Assembly (NCBI RefSeq): GCF_000281045.1
Contig: NW_008246138.1
Span: forward strand, 222,734-270,213
DNA length: 47,480 nt
Reading direction: 5' to 3'
Origin: Saprolegnia diclina VS20
Taxonomy: Eukaryota
In this document: in pieces, positions 34,071-45,100 of the stretch
Numbering within the stretch: the stretch's first letter is position 1
How the letters are laid out: each line of letters starts with the position of its first letter
Program-made: the position numbers and the translations under genes
The notes under the pieces: generated by a model
Seen by the model: only the letters and a program-made list of their open reading frames with translations
Told to the model about the DNA's origin: nothing
Databases searched by the model: none

Positions 34071-36443
34071 CTACGCACCGCACGACAAGCACTCCTCTTC
34101 CTCGTCCGGCTGCGCGGCAGTCGGCGCCGGCGCGGCCGTGGGCGCCTTGCCGGCGTTGGCGGCCTGCTGGCGCTTGATGGCCGACTGGTCGACCGTGAAC
34201 TGGATCGCATCGGCCTTGGGGCGCGAGCGCATGTAGTACATGCCCGTCTTGAGGCCGCGCTTCCACGCGTAAAAGTGCATCGACGTGAGCTTGCTCACGC
34301 TCGGGTCGGCGATGTGCACGTTCATCGACTGGCTCTGGCAGATGAACGCGCCGCGGTCGGCCGCGAGGTCGAGCACGACCTTTTGCTTGATCTCCCAGAC
34401 CGTCTTGTAAATGTCCTTGATGCGCTTCGGGATCGTCGCCACGTTCTGGACGCTGCCGCGGTCGTGCAGAATCTGGTTGCGCACGTCGGCGTTCCAGAGC
34501 CCGAGGCCGATGAGCTCCTTCATGAGGTACTTGTTGACGATCGTAAACTCGCCAGCGAGCACGCGGCGCGAGTACATGTTGCTCGTGAACGGCTCGATGG
34601 ACTCGTTGTTGCCGAGGATCTGCGCCGTCGACGCCGTCGGCATGGGCGCGAGGAGGAGCGAGTTGCGCACACCGTGGGCCGCAACCTGCGCCTTGAGCGT
34701 CTTCCAGTCCCAGAGGTCCGTCGGCGAGACGCCCCACATGTCGTACTGGAACTTGCCCTGCGAGACGGGCGACCCGGCGTACGTCTCGTACGGGCCGAGC
34801 TCCTTGGCGATCTCCATCGACGTTTCCATGGCCGCGTGGTAGATGGTCTCAAAGATCTGGATGTTGAGCTTCTTCGCTTCCGGCGACTCGAACGGGAAGC
34901 CCATGAGGATGAAGGCGTCCGCGAGGCCCTGGACACCGATGCCGACCGGGCGGTGGCGCATGTTGCTCTTGCGCGCCTCTTCGATCGGGTAGTAGTTGAC
35001 GTCGATGACCTTGTTGAGGTTGCGCGTCACAATCTTGGACACCTTGTGCAGGTTCTTGAAGTCAAAGTCGCCGTCGGTGACAAACTTGGAGAGCGCGATG
35101 GACGCGAGGTTGCACACCGCGACCTCGTCCGGGCTCGTGTACTCGATGACCTCGCAGCAGAGGTTGCTCGACTTGATCGTGCCGAGGTTCTGCTGGTTGC
35201 TCTTCGAGTTGCACGCGTCCTTGTACAGCATGTACGGCGTGCCCGTCTCGATCTGCGAGTCGAGGATCGCAAACCAGAGCTGCTGCGCCTTGATCGTCTT
35301 ACGCGCGCGGCCCTCCGACTCGTACTTGTGGTAGAGCGCCTCAAACTCGGCGCCCCAGCAGTCGTGGAGGCCCGGCGCTTCGTTCGGGCAAAAGAGACTC
35401 CAGTCGCCGTTCGACTCGACGCGCTTCATGAAGAGGTCCGGAATCCACATGGCGTAGAAGAGGTCGCGCGCGCGGTGCAGCTCGTTGCCGTGGTTCTTCT
35501 TGAGGTCGAGGAACTCGAAAATGTCGGCGTGCCACGGCTCGAGGTAGATCGCGAACGAGCCCTTGCGCTTGCCGCCGCCCTGGTCGACGTAGCGCGCCGT
35601 GTCGTTGAAGACGCGGAGCATCGGGATGATGCCGTTGGACGAGCCGTTCGTACCGCGGATGTAGCTGTTGGTGCTGCGGATGTTGTGGATGTTGACGCCA
35701 ATGCCGCCCGCCCACTTGGAGATGCACGCGCACTGCTTGAGCGTGTCGTAGATGCCTTCGATTGAGTCGTCGCGCATCGCGAGGAGGAAGCAACTCGAGA
35801 GCTGCGGGCGCGGCGTGCCGGCGTTGAAGAGCGTCGGCGTCGCGTGCGTAAAGAACATTTGGCTCATGTACTCGTACGTGTCGAGGGCGCCGGCAATGTC
35901 CTCCTTGTGGATACCCACGGCGACGCGCATGATGAGGTGCTGCGGGCGCTCGCAGACCTTGCCGTCGACGCGGAGGAGGTAGCTCTTCTCGAGCGTCTTG
36001 AAGCCAAAGTAGTCGTACTCAAAGTCGCGGTCCGAGATGATGGCCGAGTTGAGGAGCTCCTTGTTGGCCATGATGATCGCGTACACGTCTTCAGCGATGA
36101 GCGGCGCCGGCGCGCCCGTCTTGGCGTGCTTGTTGTTGTAGAAGAGCTCGATGTTGTCCGAGAAGACCTTGTGCGTGTTCTTGTGCAGGTTCGAGATCGA
36201 GATGCGCGCCGCGAGCTTGGAGAAGTCGGGGTGCTGCGTGGACTGGTAGGCCGCGGTCTCGGCCGCGAGCTCGTCGAGCTCGGATGTCGTGACGCCCGCG
36301 TAGACGCCGGCGACGACCTTTTGCGCGATCAGAATCGGGTTGACGTAGTTGGGGTCGAGGCCGTAGCAGAGCTTGTTGATGCGCGCGGTGATCTTGTCGA
36401 ACTTGACGTCCTCGCTGCGCCCATCGCGCTTGACCACGTACAT
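34071..36443 (-). CDS. RNR1: Ribonucleoside-diphosphate reductase large subunit (class Ia)
   Basis: ATP cone [46 protein letters not shown]-terminal CLSC; intronless, 790 aa. Confidence 0.99.
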   Translation of the reverse strand: MYVVKRDGRSEDVKFDKITARINKLCYGLDPNYVNPILIAQKVVAGVYAGVTTSELDELAAETAAYQSTQHPDFSKLAARISISNLHKNTHKVFSDNIELFYNNKHAKTGAPAPLIAEDVYAIIMANKELLNSAIISDRDFEYDYFGFKTLEKSYLLRVDGKVCERPQHLIMRVAVGIHKEDIAGALDTYEYMSQMFFTHATPTLFNAGTPRPQLSSCFLLAMRDDSIEGIYDTLKQCACISKWAGGIGVNIHNIRSTNSYIRGTNGSSNGIIPMLRVFNDTARYVDQGGGKRKGSFAIYLEPWHADIFEFLDLKKNHGNELHRARDLFYAMWIPDLFMKRVESNGDWSLFCPNEAPGLHDCWGAEFEALYHKYESEGRARKTIKAQQLWFAILDSQIETGTPYMLYKDACNSKSNQQNLGTIKSSNLCCEVIEYTSPDEVAVCNLASIALSKFVTDGDFDFKNLHKVSKIVTRNLNKVIDVNYYPIEEARKSNMRHRPVGIGVQGLADAFILMGFPFESPEAKKLNIQIFETIYHAAMETSMEIAKELGPYETYAGSPVSQGKFQYDMWGVSPTDLWDWKTLKAQVAAHGVRNSLLLAPMPTASTAQILGNNESIEPFTSNMYSRRVLAGEFTIVNKYLMKELIGLGLWNADVRNQILHDRGSVQNVATIPKRIKDIYKTVWEIKQKVVLDLAADRGAFICQSQSMNVHIADPSVSKLTSMHFYAWKRGLKTGMYYMRSRPKADAIQFTVDQSAIKRQQAANAGKAPTAAPAPTAAQPDEEEECLSCGA

Positions 36444-36463
36444 GCTGCTTCTTGGTCGGCGGC

Positions 36464-36571
36464 GGCAAATGCGGAACTGACCCCTCGTTTTGGCGCGATC
36501 GGCGGACCTCTATATAGTGATATCGCTTCCCAGAGGCACTGGTCCTGACGCAGCGCTAATTTTGGCGCCAA
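36464..36571 (-). promoter_or_regulatory. RNR1 promoter: INR+FPR, TATA-like box and E2F-type sites
   Basis: Minus-strand GGTCAGTTCCGCATTTGCC (36464-36482); TATATA at about 36510; TTTGGCGC at 36489 and 36561. Confidence 0.6.
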
Positions 36572-37446
36572 GAAGATGGCGCCCGCGCCTTCGGAGCGGT
36601 TCGCGCTCGAAATAGCATGCTACCAAGGGCGATGCAGTCGTCTCGTCGCGGAGTCGATATCTAGTTCTTAGTCGAATATCGAGTGTGCGTGAAGCCGCCA
36701 ACGTTGATTGACACTGCGGCGTTGAGCCGCTGGATTTGTCCTGCTGCTGCTGGACGTGTAGCAAGGCGGCGGGCGTTTCGGCAACGGGCGTTTCCGCGGC
36801 GAATCGACCCCGAGTTTCCCGCCTGAAGCCTGAGGTAGCAGCTGGTGCGAAGCTCCTCGCTCGCATTGGGCAGAGCCACGTCCCGCCACACGCTCGCACG
36901 CCCAGATCGGCGCCACGGAACGGGCCAATCGCAGCGCACGGCGCCCAAGTGGCTTCTTGAAGGAGCCTTGCGAAGACGTCTGTCTGAGCGAACCGTCGAA
37001 GAAGCAACTTCTCATGTACTTCATGTTATCTAAGAGCTTAGTCGATCTTGCCGCTATGATGAACGTAGAATGTTGGAGAGGTTAATCCAGACCCGCTGGA
37101 CTCATGCGGGCCTGACAAGTGCTCTCCCCCCAGCGCAGCCGTACCTTCTACGTGCTTTTGACAGATCCAGGTCCCGTGACCTCAGTGTCCACTCGCCCGA
37201 GGGCGAGCGACGATAGTATGTTTAGATGGAGGAGTTTCTCGTGTGAAAGAGGGCTGCGTCTGGGGCTTTGCTCTAGCAGCGCTGAGGAACCGGACGTGCC
37301 ATGGAAGGACGCGCCCGTGCCCTCGTCTGCCGTCGCTTTCGACTGAAAATGCAAACTCGGCACTGCCACAAATCCACCGGCTTCGAAAAAACAGCCAATC
37401 CGACACAACCAAAGATTTCACCAACTAAACGACTAATATACGAAAT

Positions 37447-37502
37447 GACTAAGAGACTAAACGACTAAGAGACTAAACGACTAAGTGACTAAACGACTAA
37501 GA
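37447..37502. repeat. Intergenic 8-nt GACTAA(GA/AC/GT) tandem array, 7 units
   Basis: GACTAAGA GACTAAAC GACTAAGA GACTAAAC GACTAAGT GACTAAAC GACTAAGA, with degenerate copies at about 37423-37436 and 37528-37557. Confidence 0.92.
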
Positions 37503-37959
37503 GGTTTAAATGCATTGGCAACTCCGTGACTAAACAACTAAAACCAAACGATTAAACATTGGAGCAACTGAGAACTGCGTGCGCTTGAATACACAGCTGA
37601 AAGAAAAGATGAGGCATTTGTGCAAGTCGACGCTGATAAGAAGTTATGTAACCTCTTACAGCAGCGCCGCTCGAACGGCGGTCGTCGAGCATTTCAACTG
37701 GTACTCCCGCAAGGAGTTGGCACCTTTGGAATCAATGTCCAAGCATTTCTACTCGAGTGCTCAAAACCAAGTCAAAGCCCGAGACGTGCGCGTTCGCCAC
37801 GAGTTCGCTCGTCACACGAACGGGCGAGTGGAGACGCGGGGAAGGTGCGATGACAAACAACAACCAGGATTCGTTCTGTGGGAAAAAAGATGCCGACGGT
37901 TGGCAGATTCTCCGACCATGCAGCCCAAGGTGATGACCATCATATTCTGATTGTCCTCG

Positions 37960-38637
37960 ATGCACTGGATCAAAACACTGCTTGTGCTCGTCGTGGCGCC
38001 CGTCGTTAGCCAAGAAGGCGCTTGGTCCATCAATGTCAAGTTGACTAACTCGCTCGTGACCAAGTACTTTGACGTAATCAGCGCATCGTCGAGCTACCTC
38101 AACGCAACCTCCGACAAGATCTGCACGACTGCCATATCGACCGTCGACACGCAGCCCGTGTCGGGCACCAACTATCGATACCACGTGAGTGGTTGCGTCA
38201 TCAACACCGTCCCGACCGCCAACCGCACCTGCTCGTGCTCCACGAAGACGGTTCAAGCGTACGCCGTTAGCATCTACGAGCCGTGGACGACCTCTCGCTT
38301 CATCACGGGTGTGGAGGTCGAGCAGTCGGCTGTCGTTCCAGGCCGCACGTCGTTTGGCCTCGTCGTCTCGAGCAAAGCCATGGCCTACTACTACAAGGCC
38401 TTGAACAAGGCGCATCGGAGCAACGCCACCAACTTTCCCAATCTCTGCGCAGACCGTTTTACGAGCCTCGACATCATAGCTGACGACATGTACACGCTGC
38501 ATATTCAAACGTGCGCCGTCGAGAGCCACGCCAAGACCGGTCCCGGGTGCAAGTGCCACGGCGCGTTGCTGACCAACTACGCCGTGACGCCGTGTCGGGC
38601 TTCTTGCGGCTTTTACAGTGTTTCGGTGGACGAATAA
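37960..38637 (+). CDS. Secreted two-domain cystatin-like (EPIC-related) protein
   Basis: Signal peptide MHWIKTLLVLVVAPVVS; domain 1 has G(AW), QPVSGTNY..HVSGC and EPW; domain 2 keeps the YY..L / LC / HIQTC / NYAV spacing but lacks QxVxG and PW. Confidence 0.8.
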   Translation: MHWIKTLLVLVVAPVVSQEGAWSINVKLTNSLVTKYFDVISASSSYLNATSDKICTTAISTVDTQPVSGTNYRYHVSGCVINTVPTANRTCSCSTKTVQAYAVSIYEPWTTSRFITGVEVEQSAVVPGRTSFGLVVSSKAMAYYYKALNKAHRSNATNFPNLCADRFTSLDIIADDMYTLHIQTCAVESHAKTGPGCKCHGALLTNYAVTPCRASCGFYSVSVDE

Positions 38638-38782
38638 GGTTGCACAACAAACGTAATTGGCACGCAGTTGAATCCAGCGCCTTCAACTTGTGACTTCGAA
38701 CGAGTCGCATCGACGCTTGATCAGTGCACGACGAAGGCTAGGGTTTACACGTTTGTGATGGGACTAGGTGTATACTATTGCA

Positions 38783-39720
38783 TTATTGCGAGTGCTTGGG
38801 AATGCTGTTGGTCTCGAGGAGTCGCTGGATGCCGGGGACCAGCGGCCGGTTCTTGTGGTACTCGACGCGGCTGTAGGTCGTTAGAACCATCACCACCGAA
38901 CCTACGCATCGATGTAGATACAAGCAAAGACGATGGCAGCCAACCTCGGAGAACGTCGTCGGGCACACTCAGAAGCGTCGACCACGGCGTCCCGTCCGGC
39001 GCCAACGAGCCCGTGGGCCACAGGGTTTCGTAGCAGCCCGCGAGGTAGACGGCGACGGCGGCAATATGGCGCGGCTTGTAGCGTAAGCACACAGTGCTCT
39101 TGGATGTGTCGTTGATGAAGCTCCACGCGGCCTTTTTCAAGGCCTTGGTGTTGGCGTCCGAGACCGCACCCGCTGCGTTCAGAGCGGCTGCGACAAAGTC
39201 TGCCACGAACGTGTACGGGTGTATGACGTTGAGGTCGTACGCAAGCACATGGAGGAGGATGCACTCGGTGAAGAGGATGGTTTCGGTCTCGGCCTCGACC
39301 GTCGGGTTCGTCGGCATGATCGGTCGGATGCTCTCGGGCAGCTTGGCGTCGTGTGTGAGCTTCTTGCGCTGAGCGAGGTAGTGCTTTGTGTAATCGGGGA
39401 TCTTCATGTAATGCTCTTCGACTTTGGCCGCGAGGAAGAGACACGTGGCCGCGATGCGCCAGGCGTCGTAGGCCTTGTAGGACTGGACGGCGAAGAAGCT
39501 AGAGGCAGCATCATGAGACGCGCGCACACTGGCATGATGTAGCGCACCGGTGGAAGAAGATCTTGCCGCTAGCTATAGACAGGGGCGGGAGGCGAAAGAT
39601 CGCGCCCATCTTCTCGATGAACTCGCAGCAGCGGATGCGGTACAAGTCCATGGTATGGCGCGGGACGCCGTCCCGGCGCGACGGACTGTCCATGAGCTCT
39701 TGCTCCGAGAAGATCCACAT
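38783..39720 (-). CDS. Transcriptional cyclin (cyclin T/K family)
   Basis: MWIFSEQELMDSPSRRDGV, GKIFFHRFF, ATCLFLAAKVEE, E..LLHVLAYDLNVIHPY, AWSFIND, CLRYKPRHIA; two introns. Confidence 0.9.
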
Positions 39721-39968
39721 GTACAGGAAGAGATTGTCTCGACGTCCGATGATGCCACGTACCGTCACCGTCTCCTGGGTTCGTCGGCGGGCGCTCGTCC
39801 TTGCGCACCTCCCAAGCTGCTGCCAATTTGAACGTAGTCCGCCACGCCGGCATCCGATTGGCTAAAAACAATTCTTCTCAGCCAATCCGGATCGCTCCAC
39901 GCTTAAAACGAAGTGATTTTGTGCGAATCCGGCGCCAGCGGCGAGGGCTTCGATAATCGACAAGCGCG

Positions 39969-40493
39969 ATGCAGGGCCGGCGTGACCACCGGACGCTCCT
40001 GGTCGTGCTCCAGAGCATGCTGGGCATGGAGATCACGATCGAGCTTAAGACGGAGCGCGTTCTCACGGGCGTCGTCGAGGAAGTGAGCCAAGGCATGGAG
40101 TACGTCGGCGACGTCGACAGTGGCACTCATGCTCGCATAGCGTGCGCTTGAGCCACGTGCGCCAAGTCGGACCCACGGTGCGCGCTCGCTGGAGGCTGTA
40201 GCAGCTCACTTTTTGGGCCTAGGGAAATGTGCTGGACCTCGACGAGCTCTTTGTGATGGGCCGAATGATCCTCTACGTGCACATCCCCGACCGGTACGCC
40301 TTGCTCCTCCTCATGTGCTTACTCAACCGCCTAGGATCCACATCAACACGCACATGAAAGACTACGTAGGCGCCGCAATGGATCATGGTGCAGAGACCTC
40401 ATGTGCGTCGTCTAGGTGCACATGGTCGAGCGCAACAAGAAGATGTACAAGCGCGCCGTGCGCAAGCCCACAGTGGTCAAGCCAAACACATAG
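39969..40493 (+). CDS. LSM10: U7 snRNP-type Sm-like protein LSm10
   Basis: Spliced product RTLLVVLQSMLGMEITIELKTE...G.VEEV..GMDVRLSHV...LDELFVMGRMILYVHIPD; the L..LQ...G and LFV.GR...YVHIPD motifs fit LSm10; four introns. Confidence 0.75.
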
Positions 40494-40555
40494 TAATTTT
40501 GACGCAAATTAGCCATCCAGACAAGCGAGCTGCTGGGTACAACGACACGAGGGTC

Positions 40556-40933
40556 CTAGACGGGGGTGATGCTGGTGACGCTGAGAACTTGCATCCACGG
40601 CGCGTCGGAGATAGCGACGTCGTAGGCGGTCGGCGCTGCCGGGCACGTGCAGTCGGCGCCCGAGTCGGTGGCCGAGGGCACGGCGCAGCCTTCGACGTGG
40701 AAGATGTAGTTCATGCCGCTCACGACCTGGGCGGAGACGCTCGTGACGGTGGTTGCGCACACGAAGAGCGTGGCGTCGGCGGCGTAGCTGGTAGGCGATG
40801 AGACGGCCGAGTAGTACGTTTCCGCGAGACCTTCGGTAATGTTGGTCGTGTTGTGCCAGCCACCGAGCATCGGCTGCGCTGTGACGCACGCGGGAAGGAG
40901 CGAGGCGAGGGCGAAGGCGAGGAGGCGGACCAT
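40556..40933 (-). CDS. Secreted cystatin-like cysteine protease inhibitor (EPIC family)
   Basis: Signal peptide MVRLLAFALASLLPACVTA, N-terminal GG, QVVSG loop 1, APW loop 2, four conserved Cys; intronless. Confidence 0.9.
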   Translation of the reverse strand: MVRLLAFALASLLPACVTAQPMLGGWHNTTNITEGLAETYYSAVSSPTSYAADATLFVCATTVTSVSAQVVSGMNYIFHVEGCAVPSATDSGADCTCPAAPTAYDVAISDAPWMQVLSVTSITPV

Positions 40934-40957
40934 GGTAGTACTTGGGCTCTTGGTGGT

Positions 40958-40973
40958 GATTTGGAAACTGAGC
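40958..40973 (-). promoter_or_regulatory. INR+FPR-like core promoter of the EPIC gene
   Basis: Minus-strand GCTCAGTTTCCAAATC, 25-40 nt upstream of the ATG. Confidence 0.6.
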
Positions 40974-42183
40974 TCTGCCATCGTCTCGACGTCGGCGGAA
41001 CCGAAACATCCAGCGGCCGAAAGAAAGCCGTTGCAGAGTCATGCGTTGCAGTCAGGATCTTTGGAAGGACGCGAGCGCATGGGTTGGCCTCTACGCTTGG
41101 CACAAGTAGAGCAGATGGCTTATGCATGAGATCCGAGGAAGTCGGAGCTTCGAACCCGTGACGCGTCACAGGGAGCACCCGCTCTCGCCACACTCGAACG
41201 ACGGTTCAAGTGATCGTGACGCTACGTCCTGACAGCTGAGATATTGACTATCGCAAGCGAAGTGGTCTACCACTGGCGATAAATATGCACAGAGAAGTGT
41301 CGGGGCGACAAGGCGCCATTGACAGCGTCGGTTCAATGCAGCCGAGGAACCAGTACTATGTAGTCGATGCGCACGTCGCGAACAAGAAGGGCGCATCGTT
41401 GCAATAAATTGGGCGGCCGATCTGGCCACTTGCGCCGGCGCACTGGCCAACGCGAGGAAGGGGTTCGTCGTGATCCTGCTGGCTTTTGCGCACGACGTGT
41501 GAGTTTATTGGCATGAGGTTTTTCCATCGCGCGCTGCATCTCTTGTTCTCCAAGTGCTGGCCATGCAGCATGCAGACCCTTGTGGCATTTTGTGCTTTTG
41601 GTAGAGACAGCCATGCAGTAAACGCAGCGCACCAGATCTTGTCGCTGACCGTCCGGAAAGTGGTGCGATCAAGTTGAGGCGCTCGATGGGCTCGGCGACT
41701 AGCGACTCTTGCTGGCTGCACTAAGTTCTTGGCTGCACCTACAAGCGCGTCATACTCTAAAAGGGCAGCCGCTCGAAATGGTTTTGCAGTGCACAAGCAG
41801 ACGTGTCCGAAGCCTCCGCAGTTGTCGACACCTCTGCCTCGTTGCATCCAGTGCACTGTCCTGTACAGATACTATCGTACGTCGAGAAGGGCTTGGCAGG
41901 GTGGTGTTCAGACGAAGCAGCATTACTCTCCGTTAGCTTGCGGGGCATCGCGGTCAAAACGCCCTGCAACGAATGCAAATACATATACTGGCGATATGCA
42001 CGTGACGCAAATTTACGAATAGCTTCAACAAAGACAAAATCACGCCGGTAGAAAAGCGCAAAGGACGTGAACCGCGTTGAACCATGGTCCCACAAGCATC
42101 GGCTGTCTGAAAATGAGGGAAACGGTTCCTGGATTTCGCACCAGTCGCGGCTTGCGCAAACAGCAGCCACTGAAACTGCTAAA

Positions 42184-45100
42184 ATGAACTCTAAAGTGCG
42201 ACAAGATGGACTCGTCCCCGTGCGCTCGACACCATGGCGCCACTTCGCTGGGCTCGCTACGTTGGTGTCTCGGTCGCTCTCAGCGTCTATTGCCTCTACT
42301 TCTTTGCGCTGTACCTGAGAAACGACTACTTTTGGGTCGAGTTTGAGAGCAGCAAGATAGCACTCCAGACCATCTTCAACAGCGCACTCACCCTCCACGG
42401 CGACACGGCGACCACGCCCTTTAACCTGTTCACTCCGCAGTACGCATATGACGCGCAGCACACGGGGTATGGCCGTCTCCTGTTGCATCAAGACCTCACG
42501 ACGCTCCCGGCAGCTCTCGCTGCCCTACGGCGTCTCAGCGTGGCGCGGTTGACCTCTTACCCACAAAATACTGTTGGCTCGACCTAGAGAGGCGCTGGGA
42601 GATGGCAGCGTCCCGACCCCAGTCGCATACGTTCACTGCTTTGACGCGATTATCGTGTCCCAGTTGCAGACAAACGTTGCCTTTCAAGCGCTCTTTGAAG
42701 CCATACCAAGATCGAGCAGTTGGTCGGCGACGCCACTTTCGTGGCAAGGACCCAACCTCTACTACGGCGGAAGTCCCCTATGCGGCTACAGCCGCCTCCA
42801 GTCGTTTGCCCAGGATTCGTTCAACCACGACGATGAGTGTAACATACCGTCACCGATAAGGTTCACGTGGACGCCGCTGAGCGGACTCTTTGCCGTCGCT
42901 TTTGGGAACGTCTCTAGCGCCAGTGACGTGTGCAGTCACGCCGACGGCAACCGCGATTGTCTTGCGTACGTCAAGGCCCTCTTGAGTGCGGCCGCGCTTC
43001 TGCCGCCGATGCCTGATCCACCAACAACTCTTGCAGCTCTCGACGTTCGCATCATGCAAACCCTTGCTCCGTCGAGCAACGCTTCCAACATGCGACTGGA
43101 GACACCGCTAATAATCAGCGACGAATGGGCACCCTACGGCCTGCTGAGCTTCTATGACTGGGTTCACAATGCCCGAGAGGTCATTTCCGTCGAAGGCGAC
43201 GTGAGCTCCATGCACCTCATGTCAGCTTGCGCGTCTCCCAGGCCCCGCGCCGTTGCAAAGCACGTCTCTCAGCGTGTACTACTGGTACATTGCCGCGGCC
43301 TCTTCGGTGATATTGAGCCTCTTGGCTGTTGCTGTTGCTGTCGTTTGGTTGCTGCAGCCCTCGAATCACGAGGTGCCACTTTTGCACTTGAACCGTATCG
43401 TGTCGTTCGTGTACCTCAACCGCGGCCTTCTCATCTCGCGCGGTCTCACAGCGTGCGTCTGCCTTGGGAGTTCTGATGTTGTCTCGGTCGCTTCCAAAAA
43501 AGGTCTTGTGCAGTTGACGCTGCGGCAAAAACCACTGCACACGACTTGGCTACTCGCCGGCGAGACCCTCTGGCTTGTGTACGTTGGGCAAGAACTGCTC
43601 CACCCTCTCACGCACGGCAGTACCTACCTCTCGGTCACGAGCTGCCTCTCGTGGGTACTGGTCGCAGCTTTAGATATACTTGTGCCCCTAACCGTTGAAG
43701 CTACACTCCATCGCAGCTGCTTTGCCGTCGACATGACCACGAATGTCCAATGCGAAAGCGGGCACGTGCGGATCGGTGACGCTCAACGTGTTCTGACCAT
43801 TTTTGCTGTCCACATGGCCGTCATTCTCAGCTCAACGGTGGGGCGAATGGTGTACCGGCGATGGAAAAGCGGCCGCTGGCTGGAACTCGAGAACCGCTCG
43901 TTCGTGCTACCATCCAGTGTCCTGCGACACCTCCCGCTAAGCGACGGCCGGACCTTCTTAAGTCCTGCTAAAACTGCCGCGCTCTGCGGCGTCTTTTGCT
44001 TGCCCAATAACCGCGTCTTTGACACAAAGCTCTGGCTCACTCTGTCGCCAGATACGTACATCCGACGTGCGACGGTACACGAGCTGCCAGCTGTTGGGCG
44101 AAGGACGCTTCCGTCGCTAGGAGCTAGCCCTGTGCCTACCTCGTGGCTGCAGAAGAAGCTGCGACCCGTTGCACTTCTCTTCGGCGGCCTCTACCTCGTC
44201 GCAACACTGTCGAGCAACGTTGCGTACCTCGCGATCGCCCAAGCGTACATGGCCAACGACTTTTTCTGGGCCGAATTTTACGCTTCCGGCACGTACGCGT
44301 TCGTCGCCAACACCTTCAATCGACAACTGATTCACTCGTCCACTGAGATGCTTAGTCTCAGTGCCACGTCTCTTGTCGACTACAGCACCCTCTACAACGA
44401 CTCGACGACGCAGATTGCGTGCCCTGCGACTACGGCCCAGCGAGTGCTCCACGATCCAAGCGTTGTGACGCTCCACACGGCCGTCTCTGGTCTGCGGTCT
44501 ATGGAACCATGTCAGCTGCCGTGGCTGTTTACTCAATATTGCTGGCTGGACCTTGACCAACGCTGGGCGATGGCCAGCACTGCAGCTCGGCAAGCGCGGT
44601 GTGCGTCCTCGATGGCCACCAACGGAGCTGTCTACTTGGAGGTGCCGCTGCGCAACATCAATGATTGGAGCCGCTGGGAGTGGTGCTGGGGCTCTTCGTT
44701 TGCTTATGCGATACGCGCCGACCTTGAGGCATCGTTGCGTGGTCGGTCCTTTCTCTCAGAGCTGCAACCTGCTTCGTCGTCGTTGTCTGTAGCCGGTGAA
44801 ATCGTCTACTGGGTTGCCCATGGCATCTCTCGCTTCGACCTACAGTACCAGAACTACAAGACGATTGGGTTCCGCGAGGCCTTCGTGATCGAGAACGCGC
44901 TGGGTTTGAAGCACGCGCTACCTCTGAGCCAAGTGGCGTCGCACTTCCACCCGGCGCAGCAAACGTCAATGCGCATGTATTGGTCTTTCGCCAGTGACCT
45001 CTGGGCTGTCAGCACCAACACGACTCGCATTGGCGGGCGTAGCTTGCTTTCGTCAAGTGCCAACTTCGCCTTCACCAACGTTTCGAGCGAGCAACTTTTG

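Noticed and set aside
33714..35765. 683-aa + strand ORF
   Set aside because: Antisense shadow of RNR1 caused by strong GC3 bias; no recognisable motifs.
37447..37502. CRISPR array or telomeric repeat
   Set aside because: No spacers, eukaryotic context, and the unit does not match TTTAGGG.
41135..41195. Minus-strand A-box/B-box-like motifs suggesting a tRNA
   Set aside because: Imperfect B box, spacing too short, no acceptor stem or cloverleaf.
41333..42051. Short Cys-rich ORFs between the EPIC gene and the pseudogene
   Set aside because: No family motif or coding bias; may be decayed sequence but cannot be supported.
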